DNA of 32,000 nt from Alkalilimnicola ehrlichii MLHE-1 (GCF_000014785.1 NC_008340.1:1650001-1682000), one strand, 5' to 3'; positions 19,277 to 29,000 are shown, numbered from the stretch's first letter. The notes: generated from the letters alone by a model not told the origin. Made by a program: numbers and translations.

Positions 19277-19377
19277 GGCATGACTCCTTTGGAGTTGCAG
19301 CTGAAGAAAGTTCGAGACCCGGTCAACCTATCACGATTCGGGAATAAATCCGAAGCCCGGTTGTCTGCCGCCGGTCC

Positions 19378-20400
19378 TCAGTGCTCGGGCGCCACCGCCT
19401 TGAGCAGCTCCTCCAGCAGGAGCGGCCCGCGGTAGATGAACCCCGAGTAGATCTGAAGCAGGTCGGCGCCTGCCGCCATGCGGGCCTGGGCATCGGCACC
19501 GCTCATGATGCCGCCGACACCGATCAATGGCACCCGGTGACCGAGCCGCTGTCCCAGCTCCTCGAGCACCGCCTGGGCGCGCGGCCGCAAGGGGGCGCCG
19601 GAGAGCCCGCCCTGCTCCCGGGCCAGCGGGTCATCCTCCACCCCGTCGCGGGACAGGGTGGTATTGGTGGCCGCGACGCCGTCGATGCCGTAACGCAGCA
19701 CCTGTTGGCAGAAGTGGGCCCGCTGGGCCTCATCCATATCCGGCGCGATCTTGACCACCAGGGGCACGTAACGGCCGTACTCCCGGGCCAGCACACCCCG
19801 CAGGTGAGTGAGTCGGCCCAGCAACGCTTCCAGCAACTCGCCCCCCTGCAGGTCGCGCAGCCCGGGGGTGTTTGGCGAGGAGACGTTCACCGCCACGTAA
19901 TCGGCGTAGGGGTAGACCTTCTGTAAACAGCTCAGGTAGTCGTCGGTGGCCCGTTCGGTGGGCGTGTCCTTGTTCTTACCGATATTGACGCCCAAGACCC
20001 CCTGGTAGCGGGTCACCCGCAGGCGCTGGACCAGGGCGTCCACGCCCTGGTTGTTGAAGCCCATGCGGTTGATGATGGCCTCGTGGGCGGGCAGGCGAAA
20101 GAGCCGGGGCTCCGGGTTGCCGGGCTGCGGCCTGGGGGTCACCGTGCCCACCTCAATAAACCCAAAGCCCACGTGCCCCAGGGCCTCCAGGTGCTCACCG
20201 TTTTTGTCCAGCCCCGCGGCCAGACCCACCGGATTGGCGAACGTCAGGCCCATGACCCGGCGCGGCATGTCCGGCAGGCGGTGGCCGCACAGCAGACGCC
20301 CCAACCCCAGCCGGGCCAGCCGGTCCATCCAGGCCAGGGAAAACTCATGGCTGCGCTCGGCATCCATGCGCATCAACAGCGGTCGAATCAGTGAATACAA
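19378..20400 (-). CDS. pyrD: Dihydroorotate dehydrogenase (quinone), class 2
   Basis: From (TTG)YSLIRPLLMRMDAERSHEF the product is 340 aa, against 336 in E. coli, and appears collinear with it. Motifs include GLAAGLDKNGE, TVTPRPQPGNPEPRLFRL, GFNNQGVD, NVSSPNTPGLR and IGVGGI. The track ORF start at 20523 adds 41 non-homologous residues. The start is a TTG at 20400 with GGGGGA upstream, and the ATG at MRMD is an alternative. Confidence 0.92.
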   Translation of the reverse strand: MYSLIRPLLMRMDAERSHEFSLAWMDRLARLGLGRLLCGHRLPDMPRRVMGLTFANPVGLAAGLDKNGEHLEALGHVGFGFIEVGTVTPRPQPGNPEPRLFRLPAHEAIINRMGFNNQGVDALVQRLRVTRYQGVLGVNIGKNKDTPTERATDDYLSCLQKVYPYADYVAVNVSSPNTPGLRDLQGGELLEALLGRLTHLRGVLAREYGRYVPLVVKIAPDMDEAQRAHFCQQVLRYGIDGVAATNTTLSRDGVEDDPLAREQGGLSGAPLRPRAQAVLEELGQRLGHRVPLIGVGGIMSGADAQARMAAGADLLQIYSGFIYRGPLLLEELLKAVAPEH

Positions 20401-20580
20401 GGTCGATCCCCCCGATCGGCTCATGGGCCGGTGTGGTGACCGGCATCGCAAGGCGCAGATTGTAACGCGACCGGCCCGTGATGGGGCGGCCGGAGGCCCT
20501 GGTGTACGCCTCGACCCACCCACCGCGCTGCATTACACTCCAGAGCCTGTGCAATGGAACCGGTCGGATGAGGGCAGCGC

Positions 20581-21354
20581 ATGCGTCGAGTGGTATTCAA
20601 CCAGAAGGGCGGAGTCGGCAAGTCCACCATCACCTGCAACCTGGCGGCCATTGCGGCGGCCCGCGGGCAGAACACCCTGGTGGTGGACCTGGACCCGCAG
20701 GGCAACACCAGCCAGTACCTGCTGGGCGAGGACACGGAGGCCATGGAGGACACCCTGGCCGGGTTCTTCGACCAGATGCTCAGCTTCCGGCTCTACCCCC
20801 GCGACAGCACTGAATTTATCCATGAAACGCCCTATGAGAATCTGGCTGTCATGCCGGCCCATCGCGAGTTGGGTGAGCTGATGGGCAAGCTGGAGAGCCG
20901 CTACAAGATCTACAAGCTGCGCGAGGCGCTGGCCAAGCTGGGCGCGCATTACGACAGCATCTGGATCGATACCCCGCCGGCCCTCAACTTCTATACCCGG
21001 TCCGCGCTCATCGCCGCCGATCGCTGCCTCATCCCCTTCGACTGCGACGATTTCTCGCGCCGGGCGTTGTATGAGCTGCTGTTCAACGTCCGCGAGATCC
21101 AGGAGGATCACAATGCGGATCTCGATGTCGAAGGGATAATCGTCAACCAGTTCCAGGCCCGGGCCAGCCTACCGCGGCAGGTGGTCGACGAGCTGGTGGC
21201 CGAGGAGCTGCCAGTGCTGGACGCCTACCTGTCCGCATCGGTGAAGGTCCGGGAGTCCCACCAGCAGGCCCGACCGCTGGTCCATCTGGCCCCTCGGCAC
21301 AAACTGACGGGGGAATTCGAAGCCCTCTTCGATCTGTTGCACCGGCCCGGCTGA
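20581..21354 (+). CDS. ParA/Soj-family ATPase (orphan, no adjacent ParB)
   Basis: The deviant Walker A motif is FNQKGGVGKSTITCNLA, followed by VVDLDPQGN and IWIDTPPAL. The product is 257 aa and a GAGGG SD lies upstream. Confidence 0.9.
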   Translation: MRRVVFNQKGGVGKSTITCNLAAIAAARGQNTLVVDLDPQGNTSQYLLGEDTEAMEDTLAGFFDQMLSFRLYPRDSTEFIHETPYENLAVMPAHRELGELMGKLESRYKIYKLREALAKLGAHYDSIWIDTPPALNFYTRSALIAADRCLIPFDCDDFSRRALYELLFNVREIQEDHNADLDVEGIIVNQFQARASLPRQVVDELVAEELPVLDAYLSASVKVRESHQQARPLVHLAPRHKLTGEFEALFDLLHRPG

Positions 21355-21387
21355 CGCCGGGCCGTAACCTCCGGAGACCGCGCCATA

Positions 21388-22590
21388 ATGCTGCCCCGTC
21401 TGGTCCTGCGCACCACCCTGCCCCTGCTGCTGGCGGTCCCCGCCCTGCTCCATGCCGGTGACGACTTCCAGCGCTGCGTGGCCACCCTGGGCGATCAGGC
21501 CCGGGAGGCAGGGCTGTCCGAGTCGGCGATCGAGGCGGCCCTGGCGGACATCACCCCACTGGAGCGGGTGATCAGCAGCGACCGCCGCCAGCCGGAATTC
21601 GTGCAGACCTTCTGGACCTACCTGGACCAGCGGGTGACCGACCGACGGGTTGAGCGTGGGCGGGCATTGCTGGACGAGCACCAGGACCTGCTGTGGCGCA
21701 TCCACGCGGATTACGGGGTCCGGCCCCAGTATCTGCTGGCCCTCTGGGGCATGGAGACCAATTTCGGCGGTTATTTCGGTGATGTGCCCGTCATCGACGC
21801 CCTCGCCACCCTGGCCTGCGACACCCGGCGCAGTGCGTTCTTCCGCACCCAGGTGGTGGAAGCAATCCGAATTATCGACGAAGGGCATATGGATCGCGAC
21901 GGCATGGTGGGCTCCTGGGCCGGAGCCATGGGCCACACCCAGTTCATGCCCTCGACCTTCACCGCCTACGCGGTGGATTACGACGGCAGCGGGCGCATCG
22001 ACCTGTGGAACAGCCTGCCGGACGCCTTTGCCTCCTCGGCCAATTACCTGCGGGCCCTGGGTTGGCGGGACGGCCACCGCTGGGGCCGGGAGGTGATCCT
22101 GCCGGAGGGCTTCGATTATGCCCTGGCGGCGCCGGAGGCACGGCGCAGCGTCGCCGCCTGGCGGGAATTGGGGGTGCAACGGACCGACGGCCGGCTTGTG
22201 CCCGACAGCGAGATCGAGGCGGAATTGCTGCTTCCCGGCGGGTACCGCGGCCCAGCCTTCCTGGTCTATGACAACTTCCGTAAGATCATGCGCTGGAACG
22301 CCTCCACCTCCTACGCCCTGGCGGTGGGCATTCTGGCCGACCGGATCGCCGGGACGGGGGACCTCAAGACCCGCCCCGCCGAGCCGCCGGAGGCGATGCG
22401 CATCGAGGCGGTGAAGCGGCTACAGGAGACGCTGAACGCCCTGGGCTATGAGGCGGGCCCGGTGGACGGCCAGCCTGGCCGGCAGACCCGGAAGGCGGTC
22501 CGCGCCTTCCAGCAGGATGCGGGGCTGCCTGCGGACGGTCACCCCTCACCCCGGGTGCTGCAAGCGGCCGAGGCGCGGACCGGCGATTAG
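21388..22590 (+). CDS. Lytic murein transglycosylase (MltB/SLT_2 family) with a C-terminal peptidoglycan-binding domain
   Basis: It has a signal peptide and the catalytic motif LWGMETNFG, then GAMGHTQFMPSTF. The C-terminal PG_binding_1 repeat is LQETLNALGYEAGPVDGQPGRQTRKAVRAFQQDAGLPADG. Confidence 0.9.
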   Translation: MLPRLVLRTTLPLLLAVPALLHAGDDFQRCVATLGDQAREAGLSESAIEAALADITPLERVISSDRRQPEFVQTFWTYLDQRVTDRRVERGRALLDEHQDLLWRIHADYGVRPQYLLALWGMETNFGGYFGDVPVIDALATLACDTRRSAFFRTQVVEAIRIIDEGHMDRDGMVGSWAGAMGHTQFMPSTFTAYAVDYDGSGRIDLWNSLPDAFASSANYLRALGWRDGHRWGREVILPEGFDYALAAPEARRSVAAWRELGVQRTDGRLVPDSEIEAELLLPGGYRGPAFLVYDNFRKIMRWNASTSYALAVGILADRIAGTGDLKTRPAEPPEAMRIEAVKRLQETLNALGYEAGPVDGQPGRQTRKAVRAFQQDAGLPADGHPSPRVLQAAEARTGD

Positions 22591-23081
22591 CCCTCCACCC
22601 GGCTGAGCACAGCCTCCCAGCGGATGGCGCCATCGCCATCCACCTCGAAGGCGAAGATCGCAGCGCCGCGAATATGCCCGTCCTCGAACACGGCATAGAC
22701 CCAATGATCGTTCAGGACCGCCATCTCCTCGGCCACGAAGTAATGGGTGCCGCCCAGTACCGGCTCCTCCGGGATCAAGTCCGGCCGCCCCTGGAGGTCG
22801 TCCAGCAGGCCCTGTTCCGGGTCATCACCAAGGCCCGCCTGCTCCAGCTGCCGGATACCGAAGGTGCTCAGGCCCAGGGCGCGGGGGCGGGCAGCGGGTG
22901 CAGGTGCCTCCGGCGCGGCCTCCCGTTCCGCCTGCATGCGGGCCAGTTCCTCCTCCGCCGCCTCGCGCTCGCCCACCTGCTGGAACAACAGCACCGTCAG
23001 CCACCCCACCAATACGATCAACATCAGCGCCACCAGGCGCCACATCAGCCGATCCCGGATATCCCGGTTATTCCTTGTCAC
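22587..23081 (-). CDS. Hypothetical single-pass membrane protein (no family recognised)
   Basis: I prefer the GTG at 23081 because GGAGGGAGGA lies 4-8 nt upstream. The track start is a GTG at 23099. The N-terminus is positively charged and is followed by the TM helix WRLVALMLIVLVGWLTVLLF, a charged coiled segment and a C-terminal domain of about 90 aa. It is last in the minus-strand gene array. Confidence 0.55.
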   Translation of the reverse strand: MTRNNRDIRDRLMWRLVALMLIVLVGWLTVLLFQQVGEREAAEEELARMQAEREAAPEAPAPAARPRALGLSTFGIRQLEQAGLGDDPEQGLLDDLQGRPDLIPEEPVLGGTHYFVAEEMAVLNDHWVYAVFEDGHIRGAAIFAFEVDGDGAIRWEAVLSRVEG

Positions 23082-23095
23082 GCGTCCTCCCTCCG

Positions 23096-23686
23096 TCACC
23101 GGCGGTCCCCGGCCAGCATCTCCCGCAGCGGCGCCTCGTCCAGCAGGCGCTCCAGCATCCGGGTGACCACTTCATTGATCATCTGTTCGTTCTCAGTCTG
23201 ACTTGGCGAGTGCACCAGCCGTCGTTCCGAGCGGGCGCGGGCCTTGCCGGTGTACCGGTCCCCATCCCCCCGCTCCACGCGGGCCGACATCCGGCCCTCC
23301 AAGTGGATCCCCCGGGTGACCACCCCGGCCTGGCGTTCGTATTGCAACGCCTCCAGGGCGATGTGCAGGCGCCGGTCGGCGGGAACGCCGGCCGCCACCA
23401 CCTCAAACCCGCGCCGCTCCAGCGCGCGGGTCACGCCGCGACGAATGCCCAGCGCCGGGTCCTCGTAGGGCTCGATGCGCGCCTCACCGCCGCGCTCGCC
23501 GTCGCGGAAGCCGATCACCGGGTCATCGCGCCGGTCCTCGACCGTCAGGGCGACGGTAATGCCCTGCCCTTCATCGCTCCGGGCCACGTCCGGCCGCGGC
23601 TCCAGCCGCACCGTTTGGGATCCCGGGGCGCAGCCGGCCACCAGCAGGGCCAGCATCAGAACTGCGATAACGGCTCGCGGTGCCAT
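23096..23686 (-). CDS. YajG-like lipoprotein
   Basis: The internal start gives MAPRAVIAVLMLALLVAGC, with a V-A-G-C lipobox. The 196-aa length and segment order resemble E. coli YajG (Lipoprotein_16 family), from memory. The first 42 residues of the track ORF are Arg/Pro/Ser-rich junk that overlaps the lemA 3' region. Confidence 0.6.
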   Translation of the reverse strand: MAPRAVIAVLMLALLVAGCAPGSQTVRLEPRPDVARSDEGQGITVALTVEDRRDDPVIGFRDGERGGEARIEPYEDPALGIRRGVTRALERRGFEVVAAGVPADRRLHIALEALQYERQAGVVTRGIHLEGRMSARVERGDGDRYTGKARARSERRLVHSPSQTENEQMINEVVTRMLERLLDEAPLREMLAGDRR

Positions 23687-23723
23687 GGGTTGGGTCACTC
23701 CAGGTCGCTGTTGGCGGCACGGT

Positions 23724-24311
23724 CTATTGGAAGGAGACCTGCGGGACCTCTCGCTTGGCGGGGTCCTCGATCTCCAGCAGGGCCGCCGGACGGAAGTTGA
23801 AGGTGTTGGCAATCAGACTGTTGGGAAAGACCTCGCGCGCGGTGTTGTAGGCCATGACCGCGTCGTTGTAGGCCTGGCGTGCGAAGGCCACCCGGTTCTC
23901 GGTGGAGGTGAGCTCCTCGGAGAGCTGCATCATGTTCTGATTGGCCTTCAGATCCGGGTAGTTCTCCGCCACCGCGAACAGCCGGCCCAATGCGCCGCTG
24001 AGCCCGGACTCGGCCTGGGACAACTGTTGCATCCGCGACGGGTCGGTGGGGTCCCCTGCGGCGTTGCGCAGGCCCTGTTCCGCCTGGTTGCGCGCTTGCA
24101 CCACGGCCTCCAGGGTGTCGCGCTCGTGGCTCATGTAGGCGCGCGCCGTCTCCACCAGATTCGGGATCAGATCGTGGCGTCGGGTGAGCTGGACGTCGAT
24201 TTGGGCGAAGGCGTTCTTGAACCGGTTGCGCAGCTTGACCAGGCGGTTGTAGATCACCACCACGCCGGCCACCAGCAGCAACAGAACCACCAGAATAATG
24301 ATCACTTCCAT
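23724..24311 (-). CDS. lemA: LemA family membrane protein
   Basis: An N-terminal TM helix is followed by YNRLVKLRNRFKNAFAQIDVQLTRRHDLIPNLVETAR and FAVAENYPDLKANQNMMQL, both typical LemA signatures. The AGGGGA SD lies inside the 3' end of the upstream patatin gene. Confidence 0.9.
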   Translation of the reverse strand: MEVIIILVVLLLLVAGVVVIYNRLVKLRNRFKNAFAQIDVQLTRRHDLIPNLVETARAYMSHERDTLEAVVQARNQAEQGLRNAAGDPTDPSRMQQLSQAESGLSGALGRLFAVAENYPDLKANQNMMQLSEELTSTENRVAFARQAYNDAVMAYNTAREVFPNSLIANTFNFRPAALLEIEDPAKREVPQVSFQ

Positions 24312-24314
24312 GCG

Positions 24315-25286
24315 TTATCCCCTTGTTGGCAACAGGCCTTGCAAGGCGGCCCGGAAGTCCATTGTAGCCTGATAACCCTGCTCGATGGCCTCTGCCCCCC
24401 GATCGAACTCCAGCAGGCCCAGGTGGCCGAGCCGGGGGCTGATGATCACGTCGGGGGGATCGCCGGCCATTCGGCTTCGGGTGATGCGGTCCTGCATGAC
24501 GTTGATCGCGGAGGCGGCTACGTCCAGCATGCCCGGCCGTTCCGGATCCGGATCCTTCTGCGGCACCGCGCGCGCCGGCAGCCACTGCTTAAGCAGCGCC
24601 GTGGCCTTTTCGGCGACACCGTCAGGGAGGTACTTGATCCAACCGGAGGGCCCACGCTGGCGGGGTCCCTTGGAGGGCGTCCCGGTATGGAGACTGTCGC
24701 CGGTGTGACGGCCGTGGCGGCTCAGCAAGTCGCCGTTGAGGTTGACAGCGATAATGCGGTCGGCGCCCAGCGCCCGGCAAACGGAGACCGGCACCGGATT
24801 GACCAGGCCACCGTCGACCAGCCAGCGATCACCCATGAGCACCGGCGCCAGCAGGCCGGGTACGGCTGAAGAGGCGCGAAGGGCGGGGGCCACCGGCCCT
24901 TCCTGGAGCCAGACTTCGGTGCCGTTGTCCACCTCGGTGGCAAGCGCCGCAAAGGGGATGTCCAGGTCCTCGATGCGGGCCTCCTGCAACCAGTCGGCAT
25001 AGAAGGCCTCGAGCTTGCGCCCCTCCACCAGCCCACTGCCAACGGTGATGTCCACCAGGCTCATGATCTCGCGCCGGCCGAGCTGCTGGACCCAGTCGTG
25101 GAAGGGGGCAAGGCGCCCCCCGGCATAGAAGGCCCCGACAATGGCGCCAATGGAGGTGCCGGCCACCACCTGCGGCCGGATCCCCAGCTCCTCCAGGGCG
25201 CGGATCACCCCGATATGCGCCCACCCCCGGGCCGCACCGCTGCCCAGGGCCAGGCCCACCGTGGGTTCATGCCGCCGCCCGCTCAC
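24315..25286 (-). CDS. rssA: Patatin-like phospholipase, RssA/YchK type
   Basis: It has the oxyanion motif GLALGSGAARGW, the nucleophile elbow GTSIG and the catalytic Asp in LVDGGLVNPVP. The C-terminal RMAGDPPDV matches E. coli RssA. It starts at a GTG 6 nt after the nrdJb stop. Confidence 0.88.
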   Translation of the reverse strand: MSGRRHEPTVGLALGSGAARGWAHIGVIRALEELGIRPQVVAGTSIGAIVGAFYAGGRLAPFHDWVQQLGRREIMSLVDITVGSGLVEGRKLEAFYADWLQEARIEDLDIPFAALATEVDNGTEVWLQEGPVAPALRASSAVPGLLAPVLMGDRWLVDGGLVNPVPVSVCRALGADRIIAVNLNGDLLSRHGRHTGDSLHTGTPSKGPRQRGPSGWIKYLPDGVAEKATALLKQWLPARAVPQKDPDPERPGMLDVAASAINVMQDRITRSRMAGDPPDVIISPRLGHLGLLEFDRGAEAIEQGYQATMDFRAALQGLLPTRG

Positions 25287-25292
25287 CGCCGC

Positions 25293-25982
25293 TCACCCGC
25301 ACTTGGACTCGCCGCAGTTCAGGCAGGTGAGGCAGCCGTCCATCTGCACCATCGCCTTGGTGTTGCACTTGATGCACAACTCAGCGTTCTCCGGAAAGCC
25401 GCCGCGCTCGCCGTCACCATCGTTGGCCGGGGCGCCACCGCCCTCCACTTCGGCACGCTTCTGCTCGATAAAGCGCTTCTGGTGCTCGTCCAGCTCCTCG
25501 CTCTCGAGCATGCCGATGGACTTGAGGTGGGTCTCGATGACGTCCCCGATCTCCGCCACCAGCGAAGGCATGAACCGGCCCCCGCGTTTGAAGTAACCGC
25601 CGCGCGGATCAAACACCGAACGCAGCTCCTCGGCCAGGAAGGTGCAGTCGCCCCCCTTGCGGAACACCGCGGAGATAATACGGGTCAGCGCCACGATCCA
25701 CTGGAAGTGGTCCATGTTCTTCGAGTTGATGAAGATCTCGAAGGGCCGGCGCACCTCGTGCTCGGTGCCCGGGTTGAGGACCACGTCGTTGATGGTGACA
25801 TAGAGCGCGTGCTCCGAGAGCGGGGTCTTGATCTTATAGGTCTGCCCCTCCAGCGCCTCCGGGCGCTGGATGCGTTCGTGCATGTGCTCGATGTCGACCT
25901 TGTTCCCGCTCTCGGCCGGCTTTTCGTCCTCCGGCTTGACCACGCCGTAGTCGACGATCTTGGATTGGATCTTCTTCACCAT
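25293..25982 (-). CDS. nrdJb: Class II (adenosylcobalamin-dependent) ribonucleotide reductase, small C-terminal subunit NrdJb
   Basis: The 229-aa product corresponds to the C-terminal portion of unsplit NrdJ (TSCPD-like region LYVTINDV...PFEIFINSKNMDHFQWIVALTRIIS). It has a Cys-rich tail, CIKCNTKAMVQMDGCLTCLNCGESKC. It starts 47 nt after the nrdJa stop with a GGGAGAG SD. Confidence 0.85.
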   Translation of the reverse strand: MVKKIQSKIVDYGVVKPEDEKPAESGNKVDIEHMHERIQRPEALEGQTYKIKTPLSEHALYVTINDVVLNPGTEHEVRRPFEIFINSKNMDHFQWIVALTRIISAVFRKGGDCTFLAEELRSVFDPRGGYFKRGGRFMPSLVAEIGDVIETHLKSIGMLESEELDEHQKRFIEQKRAEVEGGGAPANDGDGERGGFPENAELCIKCNTKAMVQMDGCLTCLNCGESKCG

Positions 25983-26029
25983 GGGTCTCTCCCGCCCCGG
26001 CGGGGCTGTTGTCTGCCCGTCGGGGTTGT

Positions 26030-29000
26030 TCAGAACTTACCGTAGTAGCCTTCCTTGAGGGCGTCATAGAGGTTGGCGGCGGTGTGGGTCTCGCCGTCGT
26101 ACTCCACCTCCTCGTCGCCCCGCAACTCCACCTCGGTGCCGTCTGCCAGCTTGAACTTGTAGAAGGTATTGGTCAGGTCCTTCTCGGTGACCAGCACCCC
26201 TTGGAACGCCTCGGGGTTGAAGCGGAAGGTGGTGCAGCCCTTCAGCCCCTGCTGATAGGCATAGCGGTAGATGTCCTTGAAGTCCTCATAGGGGTAGTCC
26301 GTGGGCACGTTGGCGGTCTTGGAGATGGAGGAGTCCACCCACTTCTGGGCCGCCGCCTGGATGTCCACGTGCTGCTTCGGGGTCACCGAGTCGGCGGTGA
26401 TGAAGTAGTCCGGGAGGTTGCGCGTCTCCGGGTCGGTGGACGGGACCGCCTCCGGGTCAATGAAGTGGCGGTAGGCCAGCAGCTCGAAGGAGAAGACATC
26501 GACCTTCTCCTTGGACTTGCGCCCCTCGCGGATCACGTTGCGAAAGTAATGATGCGCAAAGCTCGGCTCAATGCCGTTGCTGGCGTTGTTGGCCAGCGAC
26601 AGTGAGATCGTGCCGGTGGGCGCGATCGAGGTGTGGTGGGAGAAGCGCGCGCCCTTCTCGGCGATGGCCTCCACCAGCTCGGCGTCCACCTCGGCCACCC
26701 GCTGCATGTAGTGGCTGTACCTGGCCAGCAGCACCCGGCCCTTCACCTTGTCGCCCACCTTGTAGCCGTCCACGGCCATCTCCGGGCGCTTGGCCAGCAT
26801 GGCCTCGTCCACGGTGTAGGTCTCGTCCATGATCGGCGCCGGGCCCTTTTCCTCGGCCAGTTCCACACCGGTGCGCCAGCCGGCCAGGGCCATCTCGCGG
26901 GAGACCTTCTCGGTGAAGGCCAGCGATTCGGCCTCACCATACTTCATGCGCAGCATGGTCAGGGTGGAGCCCAACCCGAGAAAGCCCATGCCATGGCGGC
27001 GCTTGCGCTCGATCTCCCGGCGCTGCTCATCCAACGGCAGGCCGTTGATCTCTACCACGTTGTCCAGCATGCGGGTGAAGACCGAGACCACCTCGGCATA
27101 CTCCTGCCAGTCGAAGCGCGCTTTCTCGGTGAAGGGATCGCGCACGAACTTGGTCAGGTTAACCGAGCCCAAAAGGCAGGCGCCGTAGGGGGGTAAAGGT
27201 TGCTCCCCGCAGTTGTGGGCATGAAGGCCATTGGCATCGAAGGTGTTGATACCGGGTACCTGGACGTCGTAGACCTCCTCGGTGCCGGCGGCCTCCACCG
27301 CCACCACGCGGGCCACAAACCGCTCGCGATTGAGGGTGCGCTGGTAACGGTCCAGCAGCGCCTCGAGGCGTGCCTGCTTGTCACTATTGGCAAAGCCGAT
27401 GAGGTCGCGGAACCGCGCAAGGTTCTCACCACTGATCACCAGCTCGTGCTGAGCACGGGTGGCGTACTCAGCGCTCCCGCCGTTGCCGTCGGGCAACACG
27501 GTGTTGCCGGCCGGACGACGATCACGGTAGAGGGTGGAGGCGATACCCAGGCGCAGCAGCATGCGCTGCGCCGCCTCCAGATTGTCGCTGTCGGACTGGG
27601 CCAGGCGCACCGACACGCCCTTGCGCTGGCTGCCCTGGACGGAGCCGTCGGCGTCGTACAGGCCGCGCAGGAAACCCTTGTAGAAGTCGCTGGAACCCTG
27701 CTCCACACCATCGGTGATCCGCTTGCTGCCTGGCCGTATGCCCAGCTCAAGGGCGAGATCGCGGATCGCGGAGGTGGCCAGGCGGTACTCGCCACGGCCC
27801 GGGACCTCACACCAGCCGGTGAAATCGGCCCGGTGCGGCAGCGAGCGGGCGGCCTCGAGGCCCTCGGCCATCACCTCCTCGACGCCGCCCGGCAGTCCGG
27901 CCGGCACCCCGTTGGCCGCAGCCGCGGTGCGCCAGACCGACAGCACGGCCTTATCCGATTTGAGGGTGCCGTCACCCAGCAGCAGCCCCATCAGGTAGCC
28001 TTCATTCCGGCCATGGCGGCCGGCCCACTCGGCGTTGGTGCGGTGGTCGTTGAGCAGGACGCGATCACCGGCCTGGAGCTGCCCCGCTTCGCACCATTCG
28101 GTCTCAGTGCGGTAACGGGTAAAGGCACTGACCCGGCGTACACGGTGGTCGGCGGTGAGCTTGAGCCGATAGCCCTCGGCCGTACGCAGCTCGACTACCT
28201 CTTTGGTCGCCGTCCGGAAGAACCCTTCGTCACCACTGGGGTGGTCCGTGCCGTCGACCCGGGCAGAAAAGCGCCGACCGACCAGCGCGGCCACCCGCCG
28301 CGGCCCGTCGGCGGTCTGCACCCAGGTGTCGGCGGTGACGCACGGGTTGGTGGCGCGGATGTCCTCGCAGAACCAGTTGTTGTTCATCTCGTTGACCCGG
28401 TCGATCAGGATGAACCCCGGCTCCGCGAAGTCGTAGGTGGAGGTCATGATCATGTCCCACAGCCGCCGGGCCTTGACGGTGCGGTAGATGCGGCAGGCCA
28501 CCAGCCCCTGCTCGTCGCTGATATAGGGCTCGGTGGTCGGCCACTCGCGCCAGATGACCTGCTCGCTGTCGGTGAGGTCGATGTTGTCCGTCTCCGCCTC
28601 GTGCTTGGTGAGGGGGAAGGCCAGCGGCCACTGGGCATCATCCTCCACCGCCTGCATGAACTCCTCGGTGATCAGCAGGCTGAGGTTGAACTGGCGCAGC
28701 CGGCCGTCCTCGCGCTTGGCGCGGATGAAGTCGAGCACGTCCGGGTGGCCCACATCGAAGGTGGCCATCTGCGCCCCGCGGCGGCCGCCGGCGGAGGAGA
28801 CGGTGAAGCACATGCGGTCGTAGATGTCCATGAAGGACAGCGATCCGGAGGTGTAGGCGCCGGCCCCGGAGACATAGGCGCCGCGCGGGCGCAGGGTGGA
28901 GAACTCGTAGCCGATACCGCAGCCGGCCTTCAGGGTCAGGCCCGCCTCGTGCACCTTCTGCAAGATGTCGTCCATGGAGTCCTGGATGGTGCCGGAGACC

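Noticed and set aside
20581-21354. ParA as a marker of an integrated plasmid, ICE or genomic island
   Set aside because: There is no ParB, relaxase, integrase, tRNA attachment site or flanking direct repeat. The neighbouring genes (pyrD, mltB) are core genes with the same high-GC composition.
21169-22179. 336-aa ORF on the minus strand. The same applies to 5583..6497 (-), 6776..7498 (-), 25098..26045 (+), 18458..19435 (+) and 16463..17476 (+).
   Set aside because: Each overlaps a confidently identified gene on the other strand (mltB, mnmA, hflD, nrdJb/patatin, the DsrE-like gene, GST/lipoprotein). All have Arg/Gly/Pro/Ala-rich products typical of out-of-frame or antisense reading in GC-rich DNA.
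23475-24869. 464-aa ORF on the plus strand
   Set aside because: It is antisense to the YajG-like, lemA and patatin genes, all of which carry clear family signatures on the minus strand.
24315-25286. Patatin-like phospholipase as a defence effector (CBASS CapV-like or similar)
   Set aside because: No cyclase, CD-NTase or other sensor or accessory gene is adjacent. The protein appears collinear with housekeeping E. coli RssA/YchK, including the C-terminal RMAGDPPD motif.
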